Position numbers and translations under genes: made by a program. A stretch of 54,816 nucleotides of DNA from positions 1-54,816 of the forward strand of contig JACQUD010000032.1 in NCBI GenBank assembly GCA_016210485.1, written 5' to 3'. Every line of letters starts with the position of its first letter. Within the stretch, counting starts at the first letter, position 1. Below the pieces are notes generated by a model. That model worked only from the letters and a program-made list of their open reading frames with translations, made no database searches and was not told the origin of the DNA. Below, in pieces: positions 20,198 to 30,052 of the stretch. This DNA comes from Chloroflexota bacterium (lineage in GTDB: Bacteria > Chloroflexota > Dehalococcoidia > JACQUD01).

Positions 20198-20392
20198 AGC
20201 AGCCTCCTTTTTTAACCTACTTTGGGCTCAAGCTTATTTAGCCGACCAAGAACTGGACGTTTAATTAACGGCTCTTGAAGAGCGTGTCCGATCCTTCATA
20301 TTGGGGCATTCTCACAATACAGATGGGTTCAGAATAGTAATATCTCTTTGAGCATGTAAAGTTCTCAGCGCAAGGACCTCTCTCGGTTCCCC

Positions 20393-20421
20393 ATTATAGG
20401 CTACTACCAACTTCTTATCAA
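20393..20421 (-). promoter_or_regulatory. Sigma70 promoter of the 19403-20197 gene, implying a ~190-nt leader
   Basis: TTGATA (20421-20416), 17 nt spacer, TATAAT (20398-20393) on the minus strand. Confidence 0.7.
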
Positions 20422-20476
20422 TCCAGGCTTTGCTTTTGCCCACACTTGTTAGAAAGAGGGCCCTAACGAACCACAT

Positions 20477-23400
20477 TCAAGTGGTCAGCCTGCGATAGAG
20501 AGCGGGCAAGCGCTTGGGCAGAGTATGGATGTCGTCCACAATCTCGTAGCCCATATCGCTACACATGGTCTTCAGATAGTCGTGCCCCGCTCGGTCCACG
20601 GTGAGACAGAAGGGGACAATACCTTTCCTTCGGGCCTCCACCAGGGCCATGCGGGTGTCATGGACGGCATAGTCTTTCTCCACTCCATCCCGGCTGTAGC
20701 CGTGGTCCTGAGGGCGACCATCGCTGAGAAGGAAGAGAATCTTGGTCTTAGCTTCCTGGACATCCAGCTTGGCGGTGGCATGGCGGATAGCGGGGCCCAT
20801 GCGAGTGGCCTGGAGGGGAGCGATTTTATCCAAGCGGCGTTTCACCTGCTCAGAGAAAGGCTCCCCCAGGTCCTTGATTATATAGAATTCTACATTCTCC
20901 CGGCTGTAGCCGGAGAAGCCATATATGCTGTAGGTATCTCCAATAGTCTCCAGGGCCTGGATGAACAGGACGGCGCTTTCCTTCTCCACATCGATGATGC
21001 GCTTGTCGATGGGCCGGCTCCCCGGGAGGGCGTGGTAGAGCGGGGGCTCGGCCCGGGATAGCCATTGGCTGGAGTAGATATCCATCTCACTCACAGCCTC
21101 AGCGGTAGAGGCGCTCATATCCAGTAGGAAGGCCACAGCCACATCCCGCTCTATCTTGTTGCGCCGCCAATATATCTTTTCGGAAGGGGTCTGGCCAGCG
21201 CGCCGGTCCACCATGGCCTCGATGACTGCGTCCAACTCATATTCCTCCCCATCAGGCAGCTTCTTCATCTTCCGCTGAAACTCAGGGTTTATGAGTTCAA
21301 ATTGTTTCTTCACCTGGATGGCCAGATGGTGATATTCCCTCAACGTCCTCTCGAAGAAATCCGCCGAGCCCTCCTCCATGACCTTCTGCTCCACCCGGCA
21401 CCATCGAGGCTTGAAATCGCCGGCCCGGAAGTCCCACTCGTCATATAGGAAGCTCAGGACATCGTCGCGTTCCAGGGATTCCTGGCTGGGATCCAGCCCA
21501 TTCCGCTTTTGGGAGCTGGAGGCTCTCTCGCGGCGAGCGGCCTCTTTCACCAAATTGGAGATTAGCTGATCCCGAGGACGTTCCAGGTCTTTATCCTTTA
21601 ACTGGGGCTCGGTGCTATTATCCATAGCCTCCTGAAGAGCCGGCGCTGATATTTGTGTTCGCTCCCGTTCCAGGCGGCTCAGGATCTGCACCAACTCCGG
21701 CTTGAGCTCTCCCCGGAATTCCACCGTTTGGGGCGGCGTGAATTCCAGGGCATGCGCTTCCCTGTCCAAAGGCGGTTCAGCAGGATTCTGGTCCCCCATA
21801 TCCTCCAGGGTTTCGGCATCCAGCAAGGCATCCAGGTCCATGTCTTGCCATGCCTCCGAGGGCGCGACTATGTTGGGTATGGAGACCAGCAGTCGATAGA
21901 GGCGGATGGTGGCCTCGGCAGAGTCCTCCACAGTAGCGCCTGGAGACCTGGATTGGGCCTGGAGATGGACGGCTCGTTTCATAATGGACTGGAGTCCGTT
22001 GGACACCGCCAGGCCTCGGGTCTGACCCAGGCTTATCCTGACCAGATTCTCCAGGATCGCCTCTCTGAGAGGAAGGGTGATGATATCGGGGCGGGCCTCC
22101 AAGGAGTCCCTCTGGATACCTTCGTATAGAGGCTTTATCCCTTTGTATTCCTCCTTGACCTGATGATCGATGCGGCTATCCTCCACCACGGTAAAGGTTT
22201 CGGAGGCCAACTTGCGTTCTGGGAAAAAGTTAAAGAAGCGCTGGAAATCGGTGATAGACTTCTCCCCCGCGGCCTCCTTGGGCTCCAGGCTTGGGCGAAG
22301 GTCGGGGAAATGGTGGGCAGGTCGATCGAAGCTGAAGTCGAAGGTGCCCAGCTCGATATGGCCAGTCTGATGGGTGGCCGCCACCTTGGCCCAGCGGAAG
22401 TTCTCATCCTTATGAGGATATCTGTTGATTACGGGCGGCAGGAAAATGGCGTTACCTTCTGTGGTAGGACTGTCGGGAGAGGCCCAGCCCAGGTTCTTCT
22501 CGGTGAGCTTCATAGTGGGCAGAATGAGGATGGAGCGCCCAGTGAGGGCACAGCAATACATCTGGAGCACATCGGAGACTCGACTCAGCTCCATGCTGGA
22601 GGCCAGGCGCTCTATGACCTCCAGGGAGCGTCTGGCCTCCAGGCGGAAGTAGTCCACGCCTGCCTCCGGGCTATCCCTCAGCAGGATCTGCCCCTCTCGA
22701 AGCCAGGGCTCCAGATCACTAGAGCGAACGCGCGCCAGCACCGCCGGGCAGTTCTTGAGAAACTCCAGGCCAGCCAGAGGGGAGTCCACCACCAGCTCTT
22801 CCGCCAAGGACAGAAGCTTGGGGTGAAGTGCCCAGTCCAGGGTGCCCAGGGAGCGTGCTCCCTCATGGAAGAATAAGAAGGGGATAGATTCCTGAGCCCC
22901 AGACTGGGCGACCAGGGCCACTAGGGACAGGAAGTGGCGCCGCTCGTCGCGACAGATGCGATTTAAGGCCTTGGGGGCAACCTCGAAGCAGAGTTTGGCA
23001 TCTCGAGGGGTGATCTCCGCCAGGAGGCAAGCCAGTTCGTAGAGGGCATCTCTATCCCCCTTCTCCAGCTCGGCCAGGACGCCGGGGGCCAGATTCAGAG
23101 CCTCCAGGGCCAAGTCATAGGATCGGTTGGCCAGGCGGTCCAAAAAGAGGGATAGCTTCTTCATCTCGTCTAAACTGACCTGAATCAAAAGCTGGGGGCT
23201 TAAATCAAAGAGGCGACAGGCCAGGGAACTGGAGCGCCAGGTACCTTTGTAGAGGGACCGCCCCAGGAGAGCCCAATCGACAAGGCGGTCAGGCGAGAGA
23301 TGGTGTAGGGTCTCGGCGCTAGCACGAAAGAAGGCGCAGGCCAAAGCCGAGGACTCCTGGGCCAGGGCCTTGCCTCCCTGAGTCCAGGGAGACAAGTGAG

Positions 23401-23632
23401 AGAAATCCAGCTGGCGCAGTACCACCAGGGTAGCTCGGAAGTATTCCACCGTAGCCTCCCAGGAGCGGAAGGAGTGCTCGGCCAGCGCGATGCCTTCCTT
23501 TCCCCAAAGGTAAAAGTCTGCGCTGCTCAGCCGGCGCTGCACCGCCGGGGCTGTGCTGCGGAACTCCTGGAGGACAGCCGGGGGGAACTTCTGAAGGCCC
23601 GCTTCTATATTTTCAATGCTGTCATAAAGCAT
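20477..23632 (-). CDS. CbbO/NorD-type VWA protein with long N-terminal helical-repeat region
   Basis: YDEWDF, DGEEYELDAVIE, MIDAS LLDMSAST, TRMGPAIRHA, LSDGRP; HQTGH and VEDSRID mid-domain motifs. Confidence 0.9.
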   Translation of the reverse strand: MLYDSIENIEAGLQKFPPAVLQEFRSTAPAVQRRLSSADFYLWGKEGIALAEHSFRSWEATVEYFRATLVVLRQLDFSHLSPWTQGGKALAQESSALACAFFRASAETLHHLSPDRLVDWALLGRSLYKGTWRSSSLACRLFDLSPQLLIQVSLDEMKKLSLFLDRLANRSYDLALEALNLAPGVLAELEKGDRDALYELACLLAEITPRDAKLCFEVAPKALNRICRDERRHFLSLVALVAQSGAQESIPFLFFHEGARSLGTLDWALHPKLLSLAEELVVDSPLAGLEFLKNCPAVLARVRSSDLEPWLREGQILLRDSPEAGVDYFRLEARRSLEVIERLASSMELSRVSDVLQMYCCALTGRSILILPTMKLTEKNLGWASPDSPTTEGNAIFLPPVINRYPHKDENFRWAKVAATHQTGHIELGTFDFSFDRPAHHFPDLRPSLEPKEAAGEKSITDFQRFFNFFPERKLASETFTVVEDSRIDHQVKEEYKGIKPLYEGIQRDSLEARPDIITLPLREAILENLVRISLGQTRGLAVSNGLQSIMKRAVHLQAQSRSPGATVEDSAEATIRLYRLLVSIPNIVAPSEAWQDMDLDALLDAETLEDMGDQNPAEPPLDREAHALEFTPPQTVEFRGELKPELVQILSRLERERTQISAPALQEAMDNSTEPQLKDKDLERPRDQLISNLVKEAARRERASSSQKRNGLDPSQESLERDDVLSFLYDEWDFRAGDFKPRWCRVEQKVMEEGSADFFERTLREYHHLAIQVKKQFELINPEFQRKMKKLPDGEEYELDAVIEAMVDRRAGQTPSEKIYWRRNKIERDVAVAFLLDMSASTAEAVSEMDIYSSQWLSRAEPPLYHALPGSRPIDKRIIDVEKESAVLFIQALETIGDTYSIYGFSGYSRENVEFYIIKDLGEPFSEQVKRRLDKIAPLQATRMGPAIRHATAKLDVQEAKTKILFLLSDGRPQDHGYSRDGVEKDYAVHDTRMALVEARRKGIVPFCLTVDRAGHDYLKTMCSDMGYEIVDDIHTLPKRLPALYRRLTT

Positions 23633-23668
23633 GGGACGCCTCGACCAATCGGAGGACTCGGCCTTCTT

Positions 23669-24565
23669 TTAGGGAAAGATAGCGGAGACAACTTCCTCCA
23701 CGCTTTTCTGAACCTCTGAGTCGTCGGTGAGAGCCCAGACCACAGCCACCTCGCAGGCCCTCCTGGGAGCTATGCCTTGCCGGATGAGCTCGCCGGCGTA
23801 GATGAGGAGGCGGGTGCTCACCCCTTCCTGGAGGCCATGTTCCTTGAGATGGCGCACCTTCTCCCCCAGCTTGGCTAGCTCCATGGCAGTGGCCTCATCC
23901 ACTCCGCTCTCATGCTGGATGATAGCCTTCTCCACATCCCGGGGAGGGTAGCCGAACTCCATAGCGATGAAGCGCTGCCGGGTAGAGTGCTTGAGGTCCT
24001 TCAGAGCGCTCTGGTAGCCGGGGTTATAAGAGATAACCAGAAGGAAACCGTCGCTGGCCTCCAGAACCTGTCCTTTCTTCTCTACTGGCAGGATGCGACG
24101 GTGGTCGGTAAGGGGATGGATGAGGACAGTAGTATCTTTACGGGCCTCTACGATTTCGTCTAAGTAGCAGATGGCCCCTGCCTTGACCGCCCGGGTCAAG
24201 GGGCCATCTATCCACCGGGTGGACTCCCCCTCCAGGAGGTAGCGCCCTACCAGGTCCGAGGCAGTGAGATCCTCGTGGCAGGCCACGGTGACCAGGGGCA
24301 GGCCCTGATGCTCTGACCCCTTATCCTTGCCCTTGATGACAGTGAGGGGCCTCCCGAGCTTCCATGCCATGTATTGAACAAAGCGGGTCTTGCCGCACCC
24401 GGTGGGCCCTTTGAGGAGGACCGGGATCTTCTGAGTGTAGGCCGCGGTGAAGATCTCTTCCTCGTCGTGCACTGGGATATAGAAAGGCTCCTCCACCGAG
24501 GCATATTCCTCGATCATGTGTTCCTTGTATAAGGTTCTAATCCCTTCCGCACACATTGCTATCAC
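23669..24565 (-). CDS. CbbQ/NirQ/NorQ-family MoxR AAA+ ATPase
   Basis: [52 protein letters not shown]; alternative start at 24517. Confidence 0.95.
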   Translation of the reverse strand: MIAMCAEGIRTLYKEHMIEEYASVEEPFYIPVHDEEEIFTAAYTQKIPVLLKGPTGCGKTRFVQYMAWKLGRPLTVIKGKDKGSEHQGLPLVTVACHEDLTASDLVGRYLLEGESTRWIDGPLTRAVKAGAICYLDEIVEARKDTTVLIHPLTDHRRILPVEKKGQVLEASDGFLLVISYNPGYQSALKDLKHSTRQRFIAMEFGYPPRDVEKAIIQHESGVDEATAMELAKLGEKVRHLKEHGLQEGVSTRLLIYAGELIRQGIAPRRACEVAVVWALTDDSEVQKSVEEVVSAIFP

Positions 24566-25215
24566 CGCCTATTTTTTCGAGGAGAGGGGGCCAGGCTCAG
24601 AGCTTTAGGGGTCCCTGGATGGTCTGCGTCAAGCCTCTGCCACGGCTCGTCAACCCTTGCCCTGACCTCCTCCAGGGAGCAATCAGTATTGATCACCACA
24701 TCGGCATATCGGATTCGCTCTTCGTTGGAGACCTGGGAGCGGAGGCGCGCCCTGGCCTGTTCCTCAGTGAAGCCTCCCCGGAAACGAACTCGCTGAAGCA
24801 CCGCCTCTTCAGAGGCCACCACAACCCATATTTGATTCACCATCTCCCACCACGGGATATCCAAAAGAACTGCTGCCTCAACCACGGCCACCCGAGTCCC
24901 CTTTTGGCGCAGGTCCACCAACCTGTCCATTATGGCCTGGAATATGCGAGGATACATGATCTCATTGAGCTTCTTCAGGGCCTCAGGGTTGCTGAAGACA
25001 ATAGCCCCCAGTTTTTTGCGATCGACCTCGCCGCTCTCTTGCAAAATGTCGCTGCCCCAGGTAGCCACCACCTCTTCCCAAGCGGGCATGCCAGGCACGT
25101 AAACCTGGTGCCCCACTTTGTCGGCATCGATGATGACTGCCCCTTTCTCCTGAAGCATCTGGCTGACAGTCGTCTTGCCGGAAAGAATACCCCCAGTAAG
25201 ACCAATAACTATCAC
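24562..25215 (-). CDS. coaE: Dephospho-CoA kinase
   Basis: [34 protein letters not shown]. Confidence 0.93.
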   Translation of the reverse strand: MIVIGLTGGILSGKTTVSQMLQEKGAVIIDADKVGHQVYVPGMPAWEEVVATWGSDILQESGEVDRKKLGAIVFSNPEALKKLNEIMYPRIFQAIMDRLVDLRQKGTRVAVVEAAVLLDIPWWEMVNQIWVVVASEEAVLQRVRFRGGFTEEQARARLRSQVSNEERIRYADVVINTDCSLEEVRARVDEPWQRLDADHPGTPKALSLAPSPRKNRR

Positions 25216-25338
25216 AATCCTCTGCCACCTGTTGATAGCTTCATTCTAACAACTTGCTTCACAATACGTCAAGGCGTAGCGCTTGTTTGCTACATATGAA
25301 GCGGGCCCTGGACTATCTCTGGGGCGCTCGTAATCGAG

Positions 25339-25367
25339 TTGACAAAGGAATTGGGCAATGCTATACA
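25339..25367 (+). promoter_or_regulatory. Sigma70 promoter of the DUF4389 gene
   Basis: TTGACA, 17 nt spacer, TATACA, with TG extension. Confidence 0.65.
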
Positions 25368-25397
25368 AGTGTTGGCACTAGCTTCGGAGGTGCACTG

Positions 25398-26033
25398 ATG
25401 GCCCAACAACAAGAGGCTTATCCCGTCCAGTTCTCCGTTGACTACCCTGACCGGCCCCTCGACCGACTCTCTACCTTCTTTCGGCTTATTGCTATCATTC
25501 CTATCGCTATCATACTTATACTAGTGAGTTCAGGTTCCTTGAACACAAGAGCTGGGGACACAGAGGTAACAGGGGGACTTGTAGGGGGTGCGGTATTTCT
25601 CGCCCCTGTGCTTATGCTCCTCTTTCGTCACAAGTACCCCAAGTGGTGGTTCGACTGGAACCTGGGGCTCATGAAGTTCGGCGCGCGCGTAGCCGCCTAC
25701 CTTTTCCTTCTGAGAGATGAGTACCCCTCGACGGACGAAGAGCAAGCCGTCCATCTGGAGGTGCCGTATCCTGAGGTGAAGAGAGACCTGAGCCGCTGGC
25801 TTCCCTTGCTGAAGTGGCTGTTGGCCATACCGCACTACATCGTCCTGGCGGTGCTAATTGTCCTCACGATAGCAGCCGCCATTATTGCCTGGTTTAGCAT
25901 TCTCTTCAGCGGTCGTTATCCTCGGTCCCTCTTCAACTTTGTGGTGGGCACACTCCGTTGGACCAACAGGGTCACAGCCTACGCCTTTCTTTTAGCTACT
26001 GATAAATATCCACCATTTGGGCTCAACCCCTAG
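25398..26033 (+). CDS. DUF4389-family membrane protein (two repeats)
   Basis: YPV...LSR/LDR..FR..LAIP, GRYPR.LF.F, RV.AY..L..D.YPPF repeated twice; SD GGAGG before ATG 25398. Confidence 0.85.
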   Translation: MAQQQEAYPVQFSVDYPDRPLDRLSTFFRLIAIIPIAIILILVSSGSLNTRAGDTEVTGGLVGGAVFLAPVLMLLFRHKYPKWWFDWNLGLMKFGARVAAYLFLLRDEYPSTDEEQAVHLEVPYPEVKRDLSRWLPLLKWLLAIPHYIVLAVLIVLTIAAAIIAWFSILFSGRYPRSLFNFVVGTLRWTNRVTAYAFLLATDKYPPFGLNP

Positions 26034-26203
26034 CTGAGCAAGGTCTAAACTTCGTATTCCAGGGGTTCGGGCGCGAATCCCCCGCGGGATGCCGGGGGCT
26101 GGATGAGAACATTCCTTTGACACCAGAAAGGGGGAGCCTAGATTTGGTCGCTGGGGGGGACGACGAGGAGGAGGCATGATAAATCTCGAGAAGGAGGCAC
26201 GCC

Positions 26204-27316
26204 GTGCTCCTGCTTAACAACGAAGATGTGAAGAGGCTTCTGACCATGGAGGTAACCCTGGAGGCCCTGGAGGAAGCCTACCAGCAACTGGCCCGAGGCG
26301 AGGCCGTTTGCCGCCCTCGGATGGACATACAAATCCCCACCAAGGACCCCAACAAAGTTTATGTATGGGGGACTATGGATGGCGGGTCGAGTGTCTCCGG
26401 CTACTGCGCCATCAGAATGAAGTCCGACATCGTGTATGAGCAGGAATATGCGGGGGTCAGGACCCGTGAGAAGTACTGTGTAAAGCCGGGGCTTTTCTGT
26501 GGCCTAATTCTGCTCCTGGCGGTGGAGAACGGAGAGCCCCTGGCCCTCCTCAACGATGGCTACCTTCAACACATGCGCGTGGGGGGCGACGCCGGCATTG
26601 GCGTTAAATACATGGCCCGGGAGGACTCCAGGGTAATCGGGATGTTCGGCTCCGGAGGCATGGCTCGAACCTATGCCGAGGCCATCTGCCTGGTAAGGAA
26701 GATCGAAAGGATCCAGGTCTTCAGCCCCACCCAAGCCCACCGAGAGGAGTATTCCCGAGAGATGTCCCATAAGCTAGGCTTGGAGGTCGTCCCTGTAGAC
26801 CATCCGGAAGAGGTCTATGCCGGGGCTGACCTCATCGCTGGATGCACCGATTCCAACCTCCCGCTCATCCAGGGGAAATGGCTCCGACCAGGCATGCACA
26901 TCGTCTATGTGGGTGGAGGCCTGGACGAAGCGGGCCTGAGGAGGGTAGACGTATCTCTCAAGCTAGGCACCGCCCAGGCCCCAGCGGGACACCCGGAGCT
27001 CCGGCTGCCGGACCTATCCCTGGCTTATGTCGCCCTCCCCCAGAGCGAACCCAGGAGGCACCAGCGCTCCCTCCAGCAAAGTAGAGAGCGAAACCACGGG
27101 GTCATCGCCGAGGATAGAGTGGTCTATTTGGAGGATCTGCTGGCCGGCCGGGCCCAGGGAAGGAGATCCCCTCGGGACATCACATACTCCGCTCGGGGGA
27201 ATATCCAAGGAGCCCAGTTCTTCTCAGTGGCAGGGAAGGTCTATGAGCTAGCCAAAGCACAAGGTCTGGGCAGGGAGATCCCCACCGAGTGGTTTCTCCA
27301 GGATATAAGGGACTGA
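26204..27316 (+). CDS. Ornithine cyclodeaminase/mu-crystallin family protein
   Basis: LLLNNEDV start, GEPLALL..GYLQHMRVG, GMFGSGGMA, CTDS, GAQF. Confidence 0.88.
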   Translation: MLLLNNEDVKRLLTMEVTLEALEEAYQQLARGEAVCRPRMDIQIPTKDPNKVYVWGTMDGGSSVSGYCAIRMKSDIVYEQEYAGVRTREKYCVKPGLFCGLILLLAVENGEPLALLNDGYLQHMRVGGDAGIGVKYMAREDSRVIGMFGSGGMARTYAEAICLVRKIERIQVFSPTQAHREEYSREMSHKLGLEVVPVDHPEEVYAGADLIAGCTDSNLPLIQGKWLRPGMHIVYVGGGLDEAGLRRVDVSLKLGTAQAPAGHPELRLPDLSLAYVALPQSEPRRHQRSLQQSRERNHGVIAEDRVVYLEDLLAGRAQGRRSPRDITYSARGNIQGAQFFSVAGKVYELAKAQGLGREIPTEWFLQDIRD

Positions 27317-27658
27317 ACCCCTCCCGGCGGGCGGGCTTGGCCCCAGGGCTCTCCTCCCCAACAAGAAAAACAGCGAGGGTGCCGAAAAGGAGAGTTAAGG
27401 CCTCCAAGTTAAAGGCCCGGTAGTAGCTCACGCTTACATCTTCGATGTCAGCCCGGCAGGTAAGTCCTCAGAGAAGACCTTAGGCGGATCGAGGCTAATA
27501 GTTCAAGGAATAGCCTCCAGAGCAGGGGAGAGGGGGAATAAAACGGTAGTAAAGGCTTGTCAGAAAAACCTTGAGGTATAGCCTCGGTTCTGCTATACTA
27601 GGCTGGGTGGCCTAAGGGCCGCCCTTCTTGATGTCGGTGCCCTTGAGAAAAGCCACGC

Positions 27659-28882
27659 ATGAAAGAACTTACTAGCAGCCCTTATCGCTTCGTCATCCTG
27701 GGCTTGATTCTCTTGGCCCAAGGCGCTTTCGCCATCAACTTTATGTCCGCCCCGCCACTTTTTCCCATTATCATGGAGGACTATGGCCTGGCCCGTGCCT
27801 CGGCCAGCCTGATGGTGAGCATGCCGGTCCTCATGATGAGTCTGTTCAGCATCCCCGTAGGTCTCCTGGCCTCCCATATCGGCCTGAAGCGCACCTACGC
27901 CCTGGGAGCTTTCCTGGCCTCCGCTGGGACACTAACGCCTCTTGTCCCTGCCTTCCCTGTGCTCCTAGCACTGAGGGTATCGCTGGGGATGGGGATGATC
28001 ACGATACTTTCTCTCAGCGGGGCTATCATCATGGCCTGGTTCCGTGCCGAGCGGTTCCCTTTGATCAATACCTTCACCTCGGCGTGGCAGAGCCTGGCTT
28101 TTACACTGGCCTTCTTTCTATCTGTGCCCTTGGCCCAGGCCCTGGGCTGGCAGAACGCCCTGGGAGTTTTCGGCGCTGTGGCTCTGTTGGGAGCTGTGGC
28201 GTGGCTCTTTCTGGGCAAGGTGAGGCCATCCCCGAGGGCGACCACGGCAATGTCCCTCAGGGAGATGGTAACAGTGGCCCGGGACCGGAACGCTCTGCTC
28301 CTGGGCCTGGGCCTGGCCGGTGCCTTCAGCTTCAATACCGCCATGACATCCTGGCTCCCCACTTACTTCAGCGAGGTTCGAGGGATGAGCCAGGAACAGG
28401 CGAGCCGTATCACAGCTCTCCTACCCTTTATCGGCATCGTGGGCACCTTCGTCGGCGGAGCCCTGGCTTTGCGGGTAGGGAAGCACCGACCTTTCCTCAT
28501 GGTGGCCGGGGTGGCCATGCTGGTTACAGGCGTGGTCAACTACCTGGCCGGGATGCCTTGGCTCTATCTTACGGTGACCCTCATGGGGTTCTTCTCCTGG
28601 GTATACCTGCCCTCAGCCTTCACCATCCCTATGGAGCTGCCGGGGATGACCCCGGAAAAGCTGGGAGTGACCATGGCTACAGCCCTGGCCATAGGCAATT
28701 TGGCCAACTTTTTCTCTCCCCTGATGGTAGGAGCCATCACCGATGCTACAGGGTCTTACGCTCCGGGCTTCGTCATCATCTCCGTTATGGCCCTATCTTT
28801 AACCCTGGCTGGCTATCTCCTGCCGGAGACGGGGTCTAAGGCCAAGGAAACAGCACCCCAAGAAGTCCTCGCTCCGAAGTAG
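27659..28882 (+). CDS. MFS transporter (CynX/NimT-like)
   Basis: 12 TM pattern, APPLFP, AWF..ER, WLPTY, GAITDATGSY. Confidence 0.88.
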   Translation: MKELTSSPYRFVILGLILLAQGAFAINFMSAPPLFPIIMEDYGLARASASLMVSMPVLMMSLFSIPVGLLASHIGLKRTYALGAFLASAGTLTPLVPAFPVLLALRVSLGMGMITILSLSGAIIMAWFRAERFPLINTFTSAWQSLAFTLAFFLSVPLAQALGWQNALGVFGAVALLGAVAWLFLGKVRPSPRATTAMSLREMVTVARDRNALLLGLGLAGAFSFNTAMTSWLPTYFSEVRGMSQEQASRITALLPFIGIVGTFVGGALALRVGKHRPFLMVAGVAMLVTGVVNYLAGMPWLYLTVTLMGFFSWVYLPSAFTIPMELPGMTPEKLGVTMATALAIGNLANFFSPLMVGAITDATGSYAPGFVIISVMALSLTLAGYLLPETGSKAKETAPQEVLAPK

Positions 28883-28918
28883 GCTGCCTCCTCGACGCTG
28901 GCAACCTGGCGGACGCTT

Positions 28919-29299
28919 TCAGGGGTTGCCTTTCTCTTCAGCCACTATGTCCGTTATATCGAAGCTCATCTTGCCCAGGCCCTGCACCACGAAGCCGATG
29001 CCAACTTTATGGGGGCCGGAGGCCAGCTTCATGCCCTTCGCAAGAAGTGTGGAGGTCTTGTTCATGGCCAGGGTGAAGGGCGCCTCTTTGCTCACGGCAG
29101 TGAAAGGGACCTCCTTGTCGTCCTGGAGGAAGAAGGAGCCCTCCAGGGGTAGCTCCTGGCCATCCACGGAGAGAGGGAGCATCTCCCGAGCGTAGCCTGA
29201 GCCCAGGGTGTTCTTGAGCTGGAGCTGGAAGCCCCCCTGGTTATTCCTGAGGCTCCCCTTGACGTAAAGCCTCCTGAGGATGAAGGAGGGGACTAGCAC
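28919..29299 (-). CDS. Hypothetical beta-rich protein (VPSFILRRLYVKGSLRN family)
   Basis: GTG at 29299 after SD GGAGGTG; last gene of the kinase operon. Confidence 0.75.
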   Translation of the reverse strand: MLVPSFILRRLYVKGSLRNNQGGFQLQLKNTLGSGYAREMLPLSVDGQELPLEGSFFLQDDKEVPFTAVSKEAPFTLAMNKTSTLLAKGMKLASGPHKVGIGFVVQGLGKMSFDITDIVAEEKGNP

Positions 29300-29320
29300 C
29301 TTACACCTCCCACAGTTTAG

Positions 29321-29371
29321 GATGTTTTTCGTACCCACCCGCCCGCCCAGTATGCTTGGAGGGCTTTGCCC
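29321..29371 (-). repeat. Hairpin + G-quadruplex dispersed element, copy 2
   Basis: Minus strand GGGC-AAA-GCCC, 12 nt, GGGCGGGCGGGTGGG (29348-29334), TACGAAAAACATC. Confidence 0.75.
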
Positions 29372-29389
29372 ACAGCTCAGCGTTCTGTC

Positions 29390-30052
29390 TCATTCCTGCT
29401 CCTGGAGCATCCGGAAGAAGGCCTGCCCCACCTCCACGATATCCGGAGGCAGGAGGTTCACCTGGCCCAGGGAGGCGGCCATGACATAGACCTGGGACGC
29501 CTTCTCCAGGAGCTCGGCGGCGGTGAGGGCCCGCCGCAGATCCCGGCCCACAGCCACGGCCCCATGATTGGCCAGGATGACGGCGTTGTGCCCTCCCAGA
29601 GCCGAGACCACGTTAGTCGAGAGCTCCTCGGAGGCAGGGAGACCGTAGGGAGCTACCGAGATGCCGCCCCCCAGGAACACCACCTGGTCATCCAGAATAG
29701 CGGGAAGCTCCCTCCCGGCCACAGCCAGGGCGCTGGCATAGACGGAGTGAGTATGGAACACAGCTCCTACGTCAGTTCGGGCGCGGTAGATGGCAGCATG
29801 GAGCAGGGTCTCCGCAGAAGGAACCAGGTCCCCCTCCACCGGCTCCGCCTCAAAGTCCACCACCACAATGTCCTCGGCAGACAGGGTGTCGTAGTAGCGG
29901 CGAGAGGGGGTGATGGCCATGAGGTCGCGGCCTTCGGCGGCGGACAGGCGACGGCTGACGTTGCCCGAGGTGCCCACCACCAGCCCCTTCTTTTCCATGA
30001 GGAGGCTAGCCTCCAGCACCTGCTGCCGCTCCTCCAACCAGCGAGTCATCAT
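29390..30052 (-). CDS. Class II aldolase/adducin family (FucA-like)
   Basis: GTSGNVS, AITPS, PSAETLLH, VFHTHS, LANHG zinc-ligand motifs. Confidence 0.92.
   Translation of the reverse strand: MMTRWLEERQQVLEASLLMEKKGLVVGTSGNVSRRLSAAEGRDLMAITPSRRYYDTLSAEDIVVVDFEAEPVEGDLVPSAETLLHAAIYRARTDVGAVFHTHSVYASALAVAGRELPAILDDQVVFLGGGISVAPYGLPASEELSTNVVSALGGHNAVILANHGAVAVGRDLRRALTAAELLEKASQVYVMAASLGQVNLLPPDIVEVGQAFFRMLQEQE

Noticed and set aside
20401-20416. CTACTAC as a third BlaI-type operator
   Set aside because: Lacks the GTAG half-site at the required spacing.
23669-24565. Evidence for a Calvin cycle or denitrification from the CbbQ/NorQ gene
   Set aside because: No rbcL, prk or norBC in the window; the family has other clients.
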